DNA of 64,000 nt. Origin: a virus. Shown piece after piece: positions 49,646-61,750 of the stretch. The stretch is from the IMG/VR virus record IMGVR_UViG_3300043570_000998, positions 1 through 64,000 of that record; one strand, 5' to 3'. Each line of letters begins with the position of its first letter. Positions within the stretch are counted from its first letter, which is position 1. The position numbers were made by a program, and so were the translations under genes. Below the pieces are notes generated by a model. The model had not been told where the DNA came from, did not search any database, and saw only the letters and a list, made by a program, of their open reading frames with translations.

Positions 49646-49884
49646 GTGAAAACCTTAAAATCACGGTAGACCAAGTTAACCATCCACCACACTATACAAA
49701 GGATCCTAGTGGTGTTGAGTGTATTGAGATTACACGTCACCGCACCTTTAACATTGGGAATGCTTTTAAGTATCTTTGGAGAGCTGGCATTAAGGACGAA
49801 TCAAAGACCATCCAAGATCTTGAAAAAGCTATCTTCTATATTCAAGATGAAATCAAACGACTACAAGGAGAATACCGTGGCTAG
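49642..49884 (+). CDS. DUF3310-like protein
   Basis: VNHP.HY...ECI, GNA.KY.WRAG.K, DL.KA..Y. Confidence 0.85.
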   Translation: MSENLKITVDQVNHPPHYTKDPSGVECIEITRHRTFNIGNAFKYLWRAGIKDESKTIQDLEKAIFYIQDEIKRLQGEYRG

Positions 49885-50179
49885 ACTTCGCAAGACAGAG
49901 TATAATAAGACTATGATTAAAGATCCTTATGAACGTGTCTATGAGATGCCATTTGGCAATTTTGTAATTGAGCGTGGGGACTTAATTAAAGTTGCTGGAG
50001 AATATGGAACTAAATTTAAATTTGAGTCCATTACCACTAACCCCAAGAACGGTGCTGTGTGGGTAGATTGTTTTGAGACGTGGAGAGGACGAACAGGGGC
50101 ATACCGTTCATTCTCTATTGACCGTATAAAGCGTATTCCAAAACGTAGACCAAGGAAGGTTAAGCTAAGTGTCGTTTGA
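49877..50179 (+). CDS. Hypothetical SH3-like protein
   Basis: GTG49877 after AAGGAG; GD.IKV.GE and RSF..DRI. Confidence 0.55.
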   Translation: MARLRKTEYNKTMIKDPYERVYEMPFGNFVIERGDLIKVAGEYGTKFKFESITTNPKNGAVWVDCFETWRGRTGAYRSFSIDRIKRIPKRRPRKVKLSVV

Positions 50180-50702
50180 AGATCTTACAGTAGAACACCT
50201 TGACGAAGTAAACAAGGTTGTTGAAAAGTATCTACAGGGCAATGAACCTACCCAGATTTCAAAAGAACTATCGATTCCTCGTCAAAAAGTTGTTGCTCAT
50301 ATTAAAGAGTGGCAACTTATGGCTGCAGATAATGCGTTAATTCGTGCTCGTGCAAAGGAAGCACTTGTTGCTGCAGACACTCACTATAATAAACTAATCA
50401 GTAAAGCATATGAGGTTATTGACGATGCAACTACGCTTGCTAATTTAGGTGCAAAGACCGCAGGTATTAAGTTAGTCTTGGACATTGAGTCTAGGCGTAT
50501 TGATATGCTACAAAAAGCTGGACTGCTTGAAAATAAAGAACTGGCAGAAGAGATGCTTGAGATTGAACGTAGGCAAGACATTCTTAAAGATATCCTTAAA
50601 GACATTGCTGCAGAACATCCAGAGGTGCGTGACAAGATTATGCGTAGACTATCTGAGGTATCACGCAATGACGAGGTGATTACTGTTGTCAGAGATGTTT
50701 GA
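50169..50702 (+). CDS. Terminase small subunit (putative, HTH)
   Basis: N-terminal HTH, helical, directly upstream of TerL. Confidence 0.6.
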   Translation: MSFEDLTVEHLDEVNKVVEKYLQGNEPTQISKELSIPRQKVVAHIKEWQLMAADNALIRARAKEALVAADTHYNKLISKAYEVIDDATTLANLGAKTAGIKLVLDIESRRIDMLQKAGLLENKELAEEMLEIERRQDILKDILKDIAAEHPEVRDKIMRRLSEVSRNDEVITVVRDV

Positions 50703-52470
50703 TGATTTCTTTGAAGTTTTAAAAGATAACAACTTTGAGGAAACGCCAGTAGACGCTAAGACGTTTGTTGAGGGTGAGGCATACCTTGGACAGCCACCAC
50801 TATCTCAAATTCAGTATGACATTGTAGAGGCTATGAGCCAGATCTATAAGCTTGAAGACCTAATTGATATTATGGGTACAGAAGAAGGTACACGCTATTA
50901 CAAGAAGTACACCAAGAATGAGATTATTCTTCAGCTTGGTAAGGGTAGTGGTAAAGACTTCGTATCTACTGTAGCGTGTGCCTACATTGTATATAAACTA
51001 TTATGCCTTAAAGATCCAGCTCGTTACTTTGGAAAGCCATCTGGCGATGCTATTGATATTATTAACGTGGCTATCAACGCACAACAGGCTAAGAACGTTT
51101 TCTTCAAAGGATTTAAAACAAAGATCGAACGCTCTCCTTGGTTTGCTGGCAAGTTTTACGCAAAGGTAGATAGTATTGAGTTTGATGATGCTATCACTGT
51201 TTACTCTGGTCACTCTGAAAGAGAATCTCACGAGGGTCTAAACCTTATCCTTGCCGTACTTGATGAAATTTCTGGCTTTGCACAAGAAACAAATACTGGC
51301 AACGACCAGGGCAAGACCGCAGACAACATCTACAAAGCCTTCCGTGCCTCTGTAGACTCTCGTTTTCCAGACTTAGGGAAAGTAGCACTACTATCATTCC
51401 CTCGCTATCCTGGAGACTTTATCTCACAACGATATGATGATGTGATTATGGATAAAGAAATTATTACAAAGACTCATAAGTTTATTATGAATCCAGACCT
51501 TCCAGAAGATGCAGATGGAAACACTCTAGAAATTTCGTGGGATGAAGATACAATCATTAACTATAAGTATCCTGGTATGTTTGCAGTAAAGAGACCAACG
51601 TGGGTAGTAAACCCTACTCGTAAGGTTGACGACTTTAAATTAGCATTCTATACGGACCTTGGAGACGCTATGATGCGATTTGCCTGTGTACCTACCTATA
51701 GCTCAGATGCATTTTTTAAGCAGATTGAGAAGGTTCAAGGTGCAATGACACTTCGTAATCCGCTAGACAACAATCGTCGTTTTGACGAGACATTTGTGCC
51801 AGATCCAGATAAGATTTATTACGTCCACGCCGACCTCGCACAACGACACGACAAGTGTGCTGTGGCAATTGCTCACGTAGATAAGTGGGTAAATATTCAA
51901 GTGATTAAAGATTACCAGCAAGTAGCACCAGTAGTTGTAGTAGATGCTGTAGCGTGGTGGGAGCCAAAGGTAGAAGGTCCAGTTAACCTTTCAGAAGTCA
52001 AGCAGTGGATTCAAAACCTTCGTCGTGTAGGATTTAATCTGGGTATGGTAAGCTTTGACCGCTGGCAATCATTTGATATCCAGAATGAACTTAAACAAGT
52101 TGGCATTAGAACAGAAACTGTTTCAGTTGCCAAGAAGCACTATGAAGATATGGCAATGCTTATTTATGAAGAGCGTCTCGCTATGCCATCCATTGATCTT
52201 TTATTTGAAGAATTAACAGAGCTTAAAATTATGAGAAACAATAGGGTTGACCATCCTCGCAAGAAATCTAAAGACCTTGCAGACGCTGTGTGTGGAGCTG
52301 TCTTTGGTGCTATCTCACACACACCAAAAGACCTTAACCTTGAGGTAGAGATTCATACGTTTAAACAAAAACCAAAGAATGCTATTGCGGATCGTCCTAA
52401 AGATGTGATAGAATATAAATCCATACCAAATGATGTCAAGGGCTATCTTGATCAGTTCAATTTAATTTAG
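50695..52470 (+). CDS. terL: Terminase large subunit
   Basis: GKGSGKD Walker A, VLDE Walker B, HADLA...D nuclease, FDRWQS, DHP...SKD.ADA. Confidence 0.9.
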   Translation: MFDDFFEVLKDNNFEETPVDAKTFVEGEAYLGQPPLSQIQYDIVEAMSQIYKLEDLIDIMGTEEGTRYYKKYTKNEIILQLGKGSGKDFVSTVACAYIVYKLLCLKDPARYFGKPSGDAIDIINVAINAQQAKNVFFKGFKTKIERSPWFAGKFYAKVDSIEFDDAITVYSGHSERESHEGLNLILAVLDEISGFAQETNTGNDQGKTADNIYKAFRASVDSRFPDLGKVALLSFPRYPGDFISQRYDDVIMDKEIITKTHKFIMNPDLPEDADGNTLEISWDEDTIINYKYPGMFAVKRPTWVVNPTRKVDDFKLAFYTDLGDAMMRFACVPTYSSDAFFKQIEKVQGAMTLRNPLDNNRRFDETFVPDPDKIYYVHADLAQRHDKCAVAIAHVDKWVNIQVIKDYQQVAPVVVVDAVAWWEPKVEGPVNLSEVKQWIQNLRRVGFNLGMVSFDRWQSFDIQNELKQVGIRTETVSVAKKHYEDMAMLIYEERLAMPSIDLLFEELTELKIMRNNRVDHPRKKSKDLADAVCGAVFGAISHTPKDLNLEVEIHTFKQKPKNAIADRPKDVIEYKSIPNDVKGYLDQFNLI

Positions 52471-52479
52471 GAGCAAGAC

Positions 52480-52870
52480 GTGAGCTTTGACATTGTTTAT
52501 TTTTCTAACTATTCTGGAAACACCAAAAGATTTGTAGATAAATTAGATTTAAATTCAATTAGAATTCCGATAAGTGATTCTAATGACCCCATACTGGTGC
52601 AGAATAAGTTTGTATTATTTGTTCCAACTTATGGTGGTGGAAATGAAGGACACGCTATTCCAAAGCAAGTCCGTTCCTTTCTCAACGTAGCAAGCAACAG
52701 AGATAAAATTATTGGCGTTGTTGGATTAGGAAACACAAACTTTGGAGAACACTACTGCAAGGCTGCAGAAATGATTGCAGCTAAGACAGGCGTACCAATT
52801 ATAGGCAGGGTAGAAATATTCGGCACAGAAGAAGATGTAAATACAATTAATGAAAGGCTGGCGATGCTAG

Positions 52871-52881
<11 letters not shown>
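52480..52881 (+). CDS. nrdI: Flavodoxin NrdI
   Basis: [22 protein letters not shown]. Confidence 0.93.
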
Positions 52882-55947
<3,066 letters not shown>

Positions 55948-55964
55948 CCTATTACATAAAAGAT

Positions 55965-55992
55965 TGGGCTACTTTGGTAGCCCTTTTCTTTT
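55965..55992 (+). terminator. Intrinsic terminator
   Basis: GGGCTAC-loop-GTAGCCC followed by TTTTCTTTT. Confidence 0.8.
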
Positions 55993-56054
55993 GCAATAAA
56001 ATGGTATAATTAGATAGTTAAGCTTCCCCAGGTTTAACAAAGGAGTGAAGGGAA

Positions 56055-57308
56055 ATCAAAAAATTAGTCTCGTATTTGAGTCTTATATTTTTAATGACAA
56101 TTTACATTGTTGTTGCCTTTGCCGTACCTGCAAGAGCTGAAGGGTGCGTGTATGATCACGAAATTTATACCCCTGCGTCTGGCGAGGTAGCAACATTCAA
56201 TACTTGTGGTGGAGATGATTCATCCTACAGAATTCCACTAGCAACACCAATCGTATTTGATGGAGTAGAATACTCAACGATTTATGCAACTACAAACTCA
56301 ACAATAACATTCGGAACCCCCGACGGTACTTATTCTGATTACCCAATGACACCATCACTATCAATTATGTCAATGGACTGGGTTGTATACCCACAAACTA
56401 GAGCAGATGAACATTTAATTATTACAGTTAGCGATGCAGGATTTCAAATAGCTATTTCAGCTAGACCAATTTGGAATCAAGGAACGCCAGATACAACAAA
56501 CATTACAGTTACAGCAATTAAAAGAACAGATAGCTCATACGAATTAACATATACAATGAATGGAACAGACTGGAGCCAACAAGCTCAATTAAGAACTGGT
56601 GCTCGTCTACACGACAGAAGTATTGTTAGTCTAGAAGAAGCAGGATTTACTCAGGTAACAGAGCCTCCAGTCGTTCCTCCAACACCAGAACCAACACCTG
56701 AGCCAACAATAGAGCCTACCCCAGAACCCACTGTAGAGCCTACACCAGAGCCTACGGTAGAACCTACACCAGAGCCTACGGTAGAACCTACACCAGAACC
56801 AACTGTAGAGCCTACTGAAGAGCCTACAGAGCCTCCTGTGGACCCTGAGCCACCAATAGATCCTCCAGTAGAGCCAGAAGTTCCTATTAAAGTAGACCCA
56901 CAAACTGAAGAGGTAATAGAAGAACCAACAACAGAAGAACTTCTATCAGAATCTCCACAAGATCTAACAGCACAAGAAGTAGTCCAAATTATGAGCGAAG
57001 CATACGAAACCTTAAACACATCTGAGCCAGGGTCTCAAGAATATGAAGAAGCCCTAGACGCAATATTTTTTGTTGCACAAGCAGACGACATTGTTCTTGA
57101 TGAAGAGTTATTGGCAATTCCAATTGTTGGTAATATTGCTCAGGGATTAACAGATTTGATTAACTTTGCAGGAAACGTAGGATCGGACATAAGTCCAAAA
57201 GTACGTGAATCTGCAAAGAAAACAATTGTTGCAGCAGTCATTGTCGGACAAGTAGCACAAATTAGCACAATGTCAGCAATGTCTTCCGCATCGCTAAGGA
57301 GGATATAA
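56055..57308 (+). CDS. Exported/surface protein: signal peptide, beta domain, Pro/Glu/Thr linker, C-terminal hydrophobic segment (start uncertain, possibly ATC)
   Basis: KK + hydrophobic stretch + ARA cleavage site; PTPEPTVE repeats; KKTIVAAVIVGQV near C-terminus. Confidence 0.65.
   Translation: MKKLVSYLSLIFLMTIYIVVAFAVPARAEGCVYDHEIYTPASGEVATFNTCGGDDSSYRIPLATPIVFDGVEYSTIYATTNSTITFGTPDGTYSDYPMTPSLSIMSMDWVVYPQTRADEHLIITVSDAGFQIAISARPIWNQGTPDTTNITVTAIKRTDSSYELTYTMNGTDWSQQAQLRTGARLHDRSIVSLEEAGFTQVTEPPVVPPTPEPTPEPTIEPTPEPTVEPTPEPTVEPTPEPTVEPTPEPTVEPTEEPTEPPVDPEPPIDPPVEPEVPIKVDPQTEEVIEEPTTEELLSESPQDLTAQEVVQIMSEAYETLNTSEPGSQEYEEALDAIFFVAQADDIVLDEELLAIPIVGNIAQGLTDLINFAGNVGSDISPKVRESAKKTIVAAVIVGQVAQISTMSAMSSASLRRI
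56685..56835 (+). repeat. 24-nt coding tandem repeat (PEPTVEPT)n
   Basis: CCAGAGCCTACGGTAGAACCTACA twice exactly plus degenerate copies. Confidence 0.85.
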
Positions 57309-57500
57309 ATGAAGAAATTTTTTGCAGATTTACTCAAAGATATGATTGAGCAATCTTGGACACTTTTAGGTATGGCAATCGCCTGGCTAGTACTAGAAGG
57401 GTCTGCCAGAGAGTTAACAGGATATCTAATCTTAATAACTATCTCAGTTTGGATAATAACATTCAGACTACGCAATCCAAAAAATAAAGGGAAGGAGTGA
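57309..57500 (+). CDS. Small two-TM membrane protein (holin-like)
   Basis: Two hydrophobic helices, basic tail. Confidence 0.55.
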   Translation: MKKFFADLLKDMIEQSWTLLGMAIAWLVLEGSARELTGYLILITISVWIITFRLRNPKNKGKE

Positions 57501-57505
57501 TATAT

Positions 57506-57751
57506 ATGGATAAAGAAACAACAATGAGCATCATCGGAAGAATGGTCGCACTATTCCTAGTTTCAGCATTAACAACCGTTGGTGCTGGTGCAATCATCGG
57601 AATTGACACCGTACAGACTGCAATTCTTGCAGGTGTAATGGGAGTTGCAAATGTTGTTGAGGATCTTTCTCGTAGCTACCTAAATGATGGTAAGCTTTCA
57701 AAGACAGAAATCAACGATGCATTCGCCGCAAACACACCAGATCCAAGATAG
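57506..57751 (+). CDS. Holin-like membrane protein
   Basis: Two TM segments then DGKLS..EIN.AF; near endolysin. Confidence 0.55.
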   Translation: MDKETTMSIIGRMVALFLVSALTTVGAGAIIGIDTVQTAILAGVMGVANVVEDLSRSYLNDGKLSKTEINDAFAANTPDPR

Positions 57752-57755
57752 TAAC

Positions 57756-57784
57756 TTGACACCCCTCTTAGGTTCCTGTATAAT
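57756..57784 (+). promoter_or_regulatory. Consensus sigma70 promoter for tRNA cluster, embedded in inverted repeat
   Basis: TTGACA-17 nt-TATAAT. Confidence 0.8.
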
Positions 57785-57813
57785 AGGTATATAACTTAAG
57801 AGGGTTTGTCTAT

Positions 57814-57885
57814 TCCTCCTTAGCTCAGAGGCAGAGCAGAGAGCTGTTAACTCTAAGGTCCCTGGTTCGATCCCAGGAGGGGGAG
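57814..57885 (+). tRNA. tRNA-Asn(GTT)
   Basis: Cloverleaf; loop CTGTTAA; GGTTCGATCC T-arm. Confidence 0.9.
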
Positions 57886-57889
57886 CAAA

Positions 57890-57962
57890 GGTCCTGTAGC
57901 TCAGTGGTTAGAGCACTACCCTGTCACGGTAGGGGTCGCCAGTTCAAGTCTGGTCAGGATCG
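57890..57962 (+). tRNA. tRNA-Asp(GTC)
   Basis: GGTCCTG/CAGGATC acceptor; CTACC-CTGTCAC-GGTAG. Confidence 0.92.
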
Positions 57963-57966
57963 CAAA

Positions 57967-58039
57967 GCCGCCTTAGCTCATTTGGTAGAGCAACGCACTT
58001 GTAATGCGTAGGTGCAGAGTTCGAATCTCTGAGGTGGCT
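57967..58039 (+). tRNA. tRNA-Thr(TGT)
   Basis: ACGCA-CTTGTAA-TGCGT anticodon arm. Confidence 0.92.
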
Positions 58040-58040
58040 C

Positions 58041-58127
58041 GGAAATATGGCTGAGAGGTCTAAAGCACGTCACTGCTAATGACGAGTAGGGGAAACTCTA
58101 CCGTAGGTTCGAATCCTACTATTTCCG
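58041..58127 (+). tRNA. tRNA-Ser(GCT)
   Basis: CGTCA-CTGCTAA-TGACG; long variable arm. Confidence 0.92.
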
Positions 58128-58133
58128 CACCCA

Positions 58134-58206
58134 GTCCCTCTAGCTCAGTTGGTAGAGCAACAGACTTTTAATCTGTGGGTCCACAGTTCGAATCTGTGGG
58201 GGGACA
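58134..58206 (+). tRNA. tRNA-Lys(TTT)
   Basis: ACAGA-CTTTTAA-TCTGT. Confidence 0.92.
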
Positions 58207-58249
58207 CAAAGAATCCTGGTATACTTGTATATAAGGAGGTCATATAACT

Positions 58250-59047
58250 ATGGCAAAAACACAATTCCCCATTGATGGGAAACCTGGGAAAGACTGGAAA
58301 GTTACTTCCCTTATGGGTTGGAGAGTTCATCCAATCAAAAAAGTAAAGAAACATCACAATGGAACAGATATTGTTTCTAAGCACGAACCTTGTTGGATCG
58401 AAGCCCCTTACGATGGTACTGTTATCAACGTTGGAAATAATCCAAATGGTTTTGGTAATTCAGTAACAATTGCTCACAGCATTAATGGAGTAAGATACGT
58501 AACACTCTATGCTCATATGAAGAATGGATCTATTAAGGTTAAAAAGGGACAAGCAATTACTGCTGGAACCCCACTTGGCAAAATGGGTACAACTGGTATG
58601 TCAACTGGGAAGCACCTTCACTGGGAACTCCAGAAGGGCAAGAAGTGGGTATGGAACGATAATGGCAAGAACTTTATTGAGCCTGTTGCATTTTTCAAAG
58701 CACTAATGGATCTAGAAGCATCAGTAGCTACAGCACCACTTGTTACACCAGTAGATGCTCCTGTACAAGAAATGCCAGCACACTCAACAGTTGCAGAACC
58801 AGTAACTGAACCAAAGCCAGATGCAGTAGCTACACCTGCACCTGTTGCAGCTGCTCCAAAGGCACGTGCAACTCTTAAGGTTGGGTCTAAAGGAGCAGAC
58901 GTTAAGTATCTACAGAAGAAACTTAAGATCACTGCAGACGGAGATTTTGGTCCTAATACAAAGAACGCAGTAGCTGCTTTTCAAAAGAAAAATGGTCTAA
59001 CAGCTGATGGTATTGTTGGTCCAAATACTTGGAAAGCTATTGGATAA
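58250..59047 (+). CDS. Endolysin: M23 peptidase + peptidoglycan-binding domain
   Basis: HNGTD, YAHM, STG.HLHWE; L..GS.G.DV..LQ, DG.FGP.T..AV..FQ...GL.ADGIVG..TW. Confidence 0.9.
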   Translation: MAKTQFPIDGKPGKDWKVTSLMGWRVHPIKKVKKHHNGTDIVSKHEPCWIEAPYDGTVINVGNNPNGFGNSVTIAHSINGVRYVTLYAHMKNGSIKVKKGQAITAGTPLGKMGTTGMSTGKHLHWELQKGKKWVWNDNGKNFIEPVAFFKALMDLEASVATAPLVTPVDAPVQEMPAHSTVAEPVTEPKPDAVATPAPVAAAPKARATLKVGSKGADVKYLQKKLKITADGDFGPNTKNAVAAFQKKNGLTADGIVGPNTWKAIG

Positions 59048-59072
59048 ATAGCAATTTTATAGTATAATAGTA

Positions 59073-59106
59073 TTCCCCCTAGATTTTTCTGGGGGGATTA
59101 CTTTTT
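59073..59106 (+). terminator. Intrinsic terminator
   Basis: TCCCCCTAGA/TCTGGGGGGA stem followed by T-run. Confidence 0.65.
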
Positions 59107-59116
59107 AAGGATTAGT

Positions 59117-59293
59117 ATGGCTTATTACGACTATAGATGTCAAGACTGTGAGAATACCGTAACGGTTAGTCGTGGGATGACAGAGGATGACCCTGGATAC
59201 ATCTGTGACACTTGCAATTCTGCACTAACTAGGGTATACTCTAATGTAGGAGTTAGTTTTAAAGGCTCTGGTTTTTATTCCACTGATAAGTAG
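59117..59293 (+). CDS. FmdB-family Zn-ribbon protein (58 aa)
   Basis: Y.Y.C..C...C..C...R.YS....FKGSGFY.TD; absent from ORF track. Confidence 0.85.
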   Translation: MAYYDYRCQDCENTVTVSRGMTEDDPGYICDTCNSALTRVYSNVGVSFKGSGFYSTDK

Positions 59294-59302
59294 GAGATCC
59301 CA

Positions 59303-59539
59303 ATGATTGAGACTGAAGCAAAAGAATTTATCCTTTCCGCAACTGATAGATGTGATGCCTGTAACTCAGAAGCATACGTTAAAGCTACTGGAGTAACTGG
59401 AGATCTGTTCTTTTGTGCTCACCACTTTGGAAAGATTGAAAACGATCCAGTTGCATCAGCCAAGATGCTGACATTTGCATTTGACTTAGTGGACGAGCGT
59501 GAAAAGCTTATTGAGAATCGATTGAAGGGTGATAACTAA
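59303..59539 (+). CDS. Actinobacterial-type small Zn-binding protein
   Basis: L.A.DRCD.C...A....L.FC.HH...DER. Confidence 0.7.
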   Translation: MIETEAKEFILSATDRCDACNSEAYVKATGVTGDLFFCAHHFGKIENDPVASAKMLTFAFDLVDEREKLIENRLKGDN

Positions 59540-59868
59540 TGAATGAAAATCTTACTAAGATTGATGAGTTAATTCTTGGCGGTGCAGTAGAAGTTGCAAG
59601 CCTCACAGAGTCTGGCGATTTTTTATATAAATTTACAGACAAACTAAAAGACATTGATCCAGAAGTTTATGACAAAGTTATACAGATGATGTATAAAGAA
59701 ATTATATTTCTTTGGGAAAATGGATTTATTTCTATGGATATTACTGCAAACAACCCATCGGTAACTCTAACAGATAAAGCATCCGATGCAGAAGCAATTT
59801 GGGCATTACCAGAGTCTATGCGACTAAATCTTCTTGCAGTAATTAAATCAATTACAGAACAATCGTAG
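59539..59868 (+). CDS. Hypothetical protein
   Basis: Coupled ORF. Confidence 0.6.
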   Translation: MNENLTKIDELILGGAVEVASLTESGDFLYKFTDKLKDIDPEVYDKVIQMMYKEIIFLWENGFISMDITANNPSVTLTDKASDAEAIWALPESMRLNLLAVIKSITEQS

Positions 59869-59886
59869 TATAATTAATTAGGTGCT

Positions 59887-60282
59887 ATGTTAGAATATTT
59901 TCTTGGTTCAATAATTACTGCAACAACTATGTTTTTTACATACAGATGGTTGCAAAAAAATAGTGGGCATATGGTAAAGCCACTGAAGATTGTTATTTCA
60001 CAAAGCAATAATAATGAATTATTAAAAAAAATGTTTACGGAAGATCAGTCATTTCCAAAAGCAACAACACAATCTACCAAACACTTTGACAGCGTAAGTC
60101 TACGTATACTCATAGTAGATAGCCAAGCCTATTGGATCAAGAACAACAGTGTCTTTATGGCTGATGTAGTAAATGGAGAAGTTGAAAAAGATACAGCCAG
60201 AGAGGTTGACACAATGGCTATGGATAAGGTACAATTAAACAAGATGATGTTCATTGTTGAGAAACTAAAAGAAGGATTGTAA
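59887..60282 (+). CDS. Hypothetical protein with N-terminal TM segment
   Basis: Hydrophobic N-terminus; TATAAT at 59869. Confidence 0.6.
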   Translation: MLEYFLGSIITATTMFFTYRWLQKNSGHMVKPLKIVISQSNNNELLKKMFTEDQSFPKATTQSTKHFDSVSLRILIVDSQAYWIKNNSVFMADVVNGEVEKDTAREVDTMAMDKVQLNKMMFIVEKLKEGL

Positions 60283-60283
60283 A

Positions 60284-60634
60284 ATGAAGGTTGGTATTCA
60301 GGGGACGAGAGCCTTTGAGGACTACAATGTATTCCTACGTGCAATGCGTGTTGCTCTTTCAGAAATCAAAGAGGGCGATGAAGAATTTTTTATTTATACT
60401 GCTGGACCTGCTAGGACTAATGCCTTTGCAATGGAGTTTATCAATATAACAGAACGTAGTCTAAAAGCTCAGGGCATCCGTACCAGAGTATTTAAGTTAC
60501 CACCAAAGGCATTGAAGGACGCTATCCATACCCTAGACTACTTTGCATTCTTCAGCAAGCCAAAAGAATCTACATCTGATCTTGTGCGTGAAGCAGAGGA
60601 TAAAGATATTGAAGTTGGGATTTTTAGATACTAA
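60284..60634 (+). CDS. SLOG/YspA-like protein (putative)
   Basis: MKV.I.G.R.F.DY motif. Confidence 0.5.
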   Translation: MKVGIQGTRAFEDYNVFLRAMRVALSEIKEGDEEFFIYTAGPARTNAFAMEFINITERSLKAQGIRTRVFKLPPKALKDAIHTLDYFAFFSKPKESTSDLVREAEDKDIEVGIFRY

Positions 60635-61014
60635 TGGAGTATGACCTGAGTAACAGAGAAAAAGCTTATCTTTCTGTTGCACGATACTTTGCTTCGAAGT
60701 CGAAGTCTCGTAGAATGCACGGAGCGGTAGTAGTAAAGTCTGGACGAGTAATCGGTACAGGCTATAACAAGGATCGTAATAATCCTTATTATGTATCACC
60801 TGAGCACATCAAAACACATTGTTCTGTTCACGCAGAAGTTGATGCAATCAGAGATGCAAATTGGAATGTCAAGGGTGCTATTATTTATGTAGCCAGAGTA
60901 AATAACAAAGGTCTAGATAGAGATAGCAAGCCTTGCATCCGATGCCAGTCAGTAATTGATGCGGCAGAAATTAAAAAAGTAATATACACAATAGGAGAAG
61001 ATAATGAAGATTAA
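60634..61014 (+). CDS. Zn-dependent cytidine/dCMP deaminase-family protein
   Basis: HGAVVV...GYN, HAE, SKPC..C. Confidence 0.85.
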   Translation: MEYDLSNREKAYLSVARYFASKSKSRRMHGAVVVKSGRVIGTGYNKDRNNPYYVSPEHIKTHCSVHAEVDAIRDANWNVKGAIIYVARVNNKGLDRDSKPCIRCQSVIDAAEIKKVIYTIGEDNED

Positions 61015-61225
61015 CTCTCTAGAACAAATGGAGACCATTGTAGAAAACAATAAGTCTCTTCTATGGGATGGCTGGAATGTAAAAGAAATTACACAGTCAC
61101 CAACTGGATGGATGAAGCCAAACGGTGTTTTCCGTAAGGGAGAATGGTTCGTTCAGAAAAACTACGATCTTAAATATGAAGGTTGGGAGATTCCCAATAA
61201 GTTTGTGGGGAATGATGCAAAGTGA
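61004..61225 (+). CDS. Hypothetical Trp-rich protein
   Basis: RBS GGAG; overlaps neighbours. Confidence 0.6.
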   Translation: MKINSLEQMETIVENNKSLLWDGWNVKEITQSPTGWMKPNGVFRKGEWFVQKNYDLKYEGWEIPNKFVGNDAK

Positions 61226-61496
61226 AAATTGGAAAAATGATGCACGATGCGAAGGTTATGATACCAACTTATTCTTTGACAAATATGAAGAAGATCTTAA
61301 TCTTAGAGTAGGGATAGATAATCTTTGTTCGGGCTGTCCTGTTGCAAGATTATGTTTTGCTACTGGAGTCTCTCAAAAAGGTTGGGGAGTCTGGGGCGGA
61401 GTCTATCTTGAAAATGGAAAGATCTCACGAGAATTTAATAGGCATAGGTCAAAAGCTGATTGGGCTGAGACTTGGAAAAATCTAACAAACGATTAG
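61212..61496 (+). CDS. whiB: WhiB-family Fe-S transcription factor
   Basis: W...A.C.....LFF, C..CPV...C, GVWGG. Confidence 0.88.
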   Translation: MMQSENWKNDARCEGYDTNLFFDKYEEDLNLRVGIDNLCSGCPVARLCFATGVSQKGWGVWGGVYLENGKISREFNRHRSKADWAETWKNLTND

Positions 61497-61504
61497 GAGG
61501 TATT

Positions 61505-61750
61505 ATGTATACAGATGAAATGAAACGTGCCGTTCACTCAATTACTGCACCAAAGGGATTTGGGCTAGATATTGTTGAGCATAATACTGAGGGTATTGGC
61601 TGGATTGAGTTAGTAGCAGATGAAATTAAGTTTATGAAACTACTTGACACAGACAAACGTGCTGCTGTAGAATATATGGTAAGAGTAAAATCTGCACTAG
61701 AAGATAATGGTGCAATTGTACAGTTAACACGAAAGGCAGTACCGCAGTGA
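61505..61750 (+). CDS. Hypothetical protein
   Basis: RBS AGGAGGT before ATG61505. Confidence 0.65.
   Translation: MYTDEMKRAVHSITAPKGFGLDIVEHNTEGIGWIELVADEIKFMKLLDTDKRAAVEYMVRVKSALEDNGAIVQLTRKAVPQ

Noticed and set aside
56685-56835. Tandem repeats as a possible CRISPR array
   Set aside because: No unique spacers; they are in-frame 24-nt repeats encoding a Pro/Glu/Thr linker
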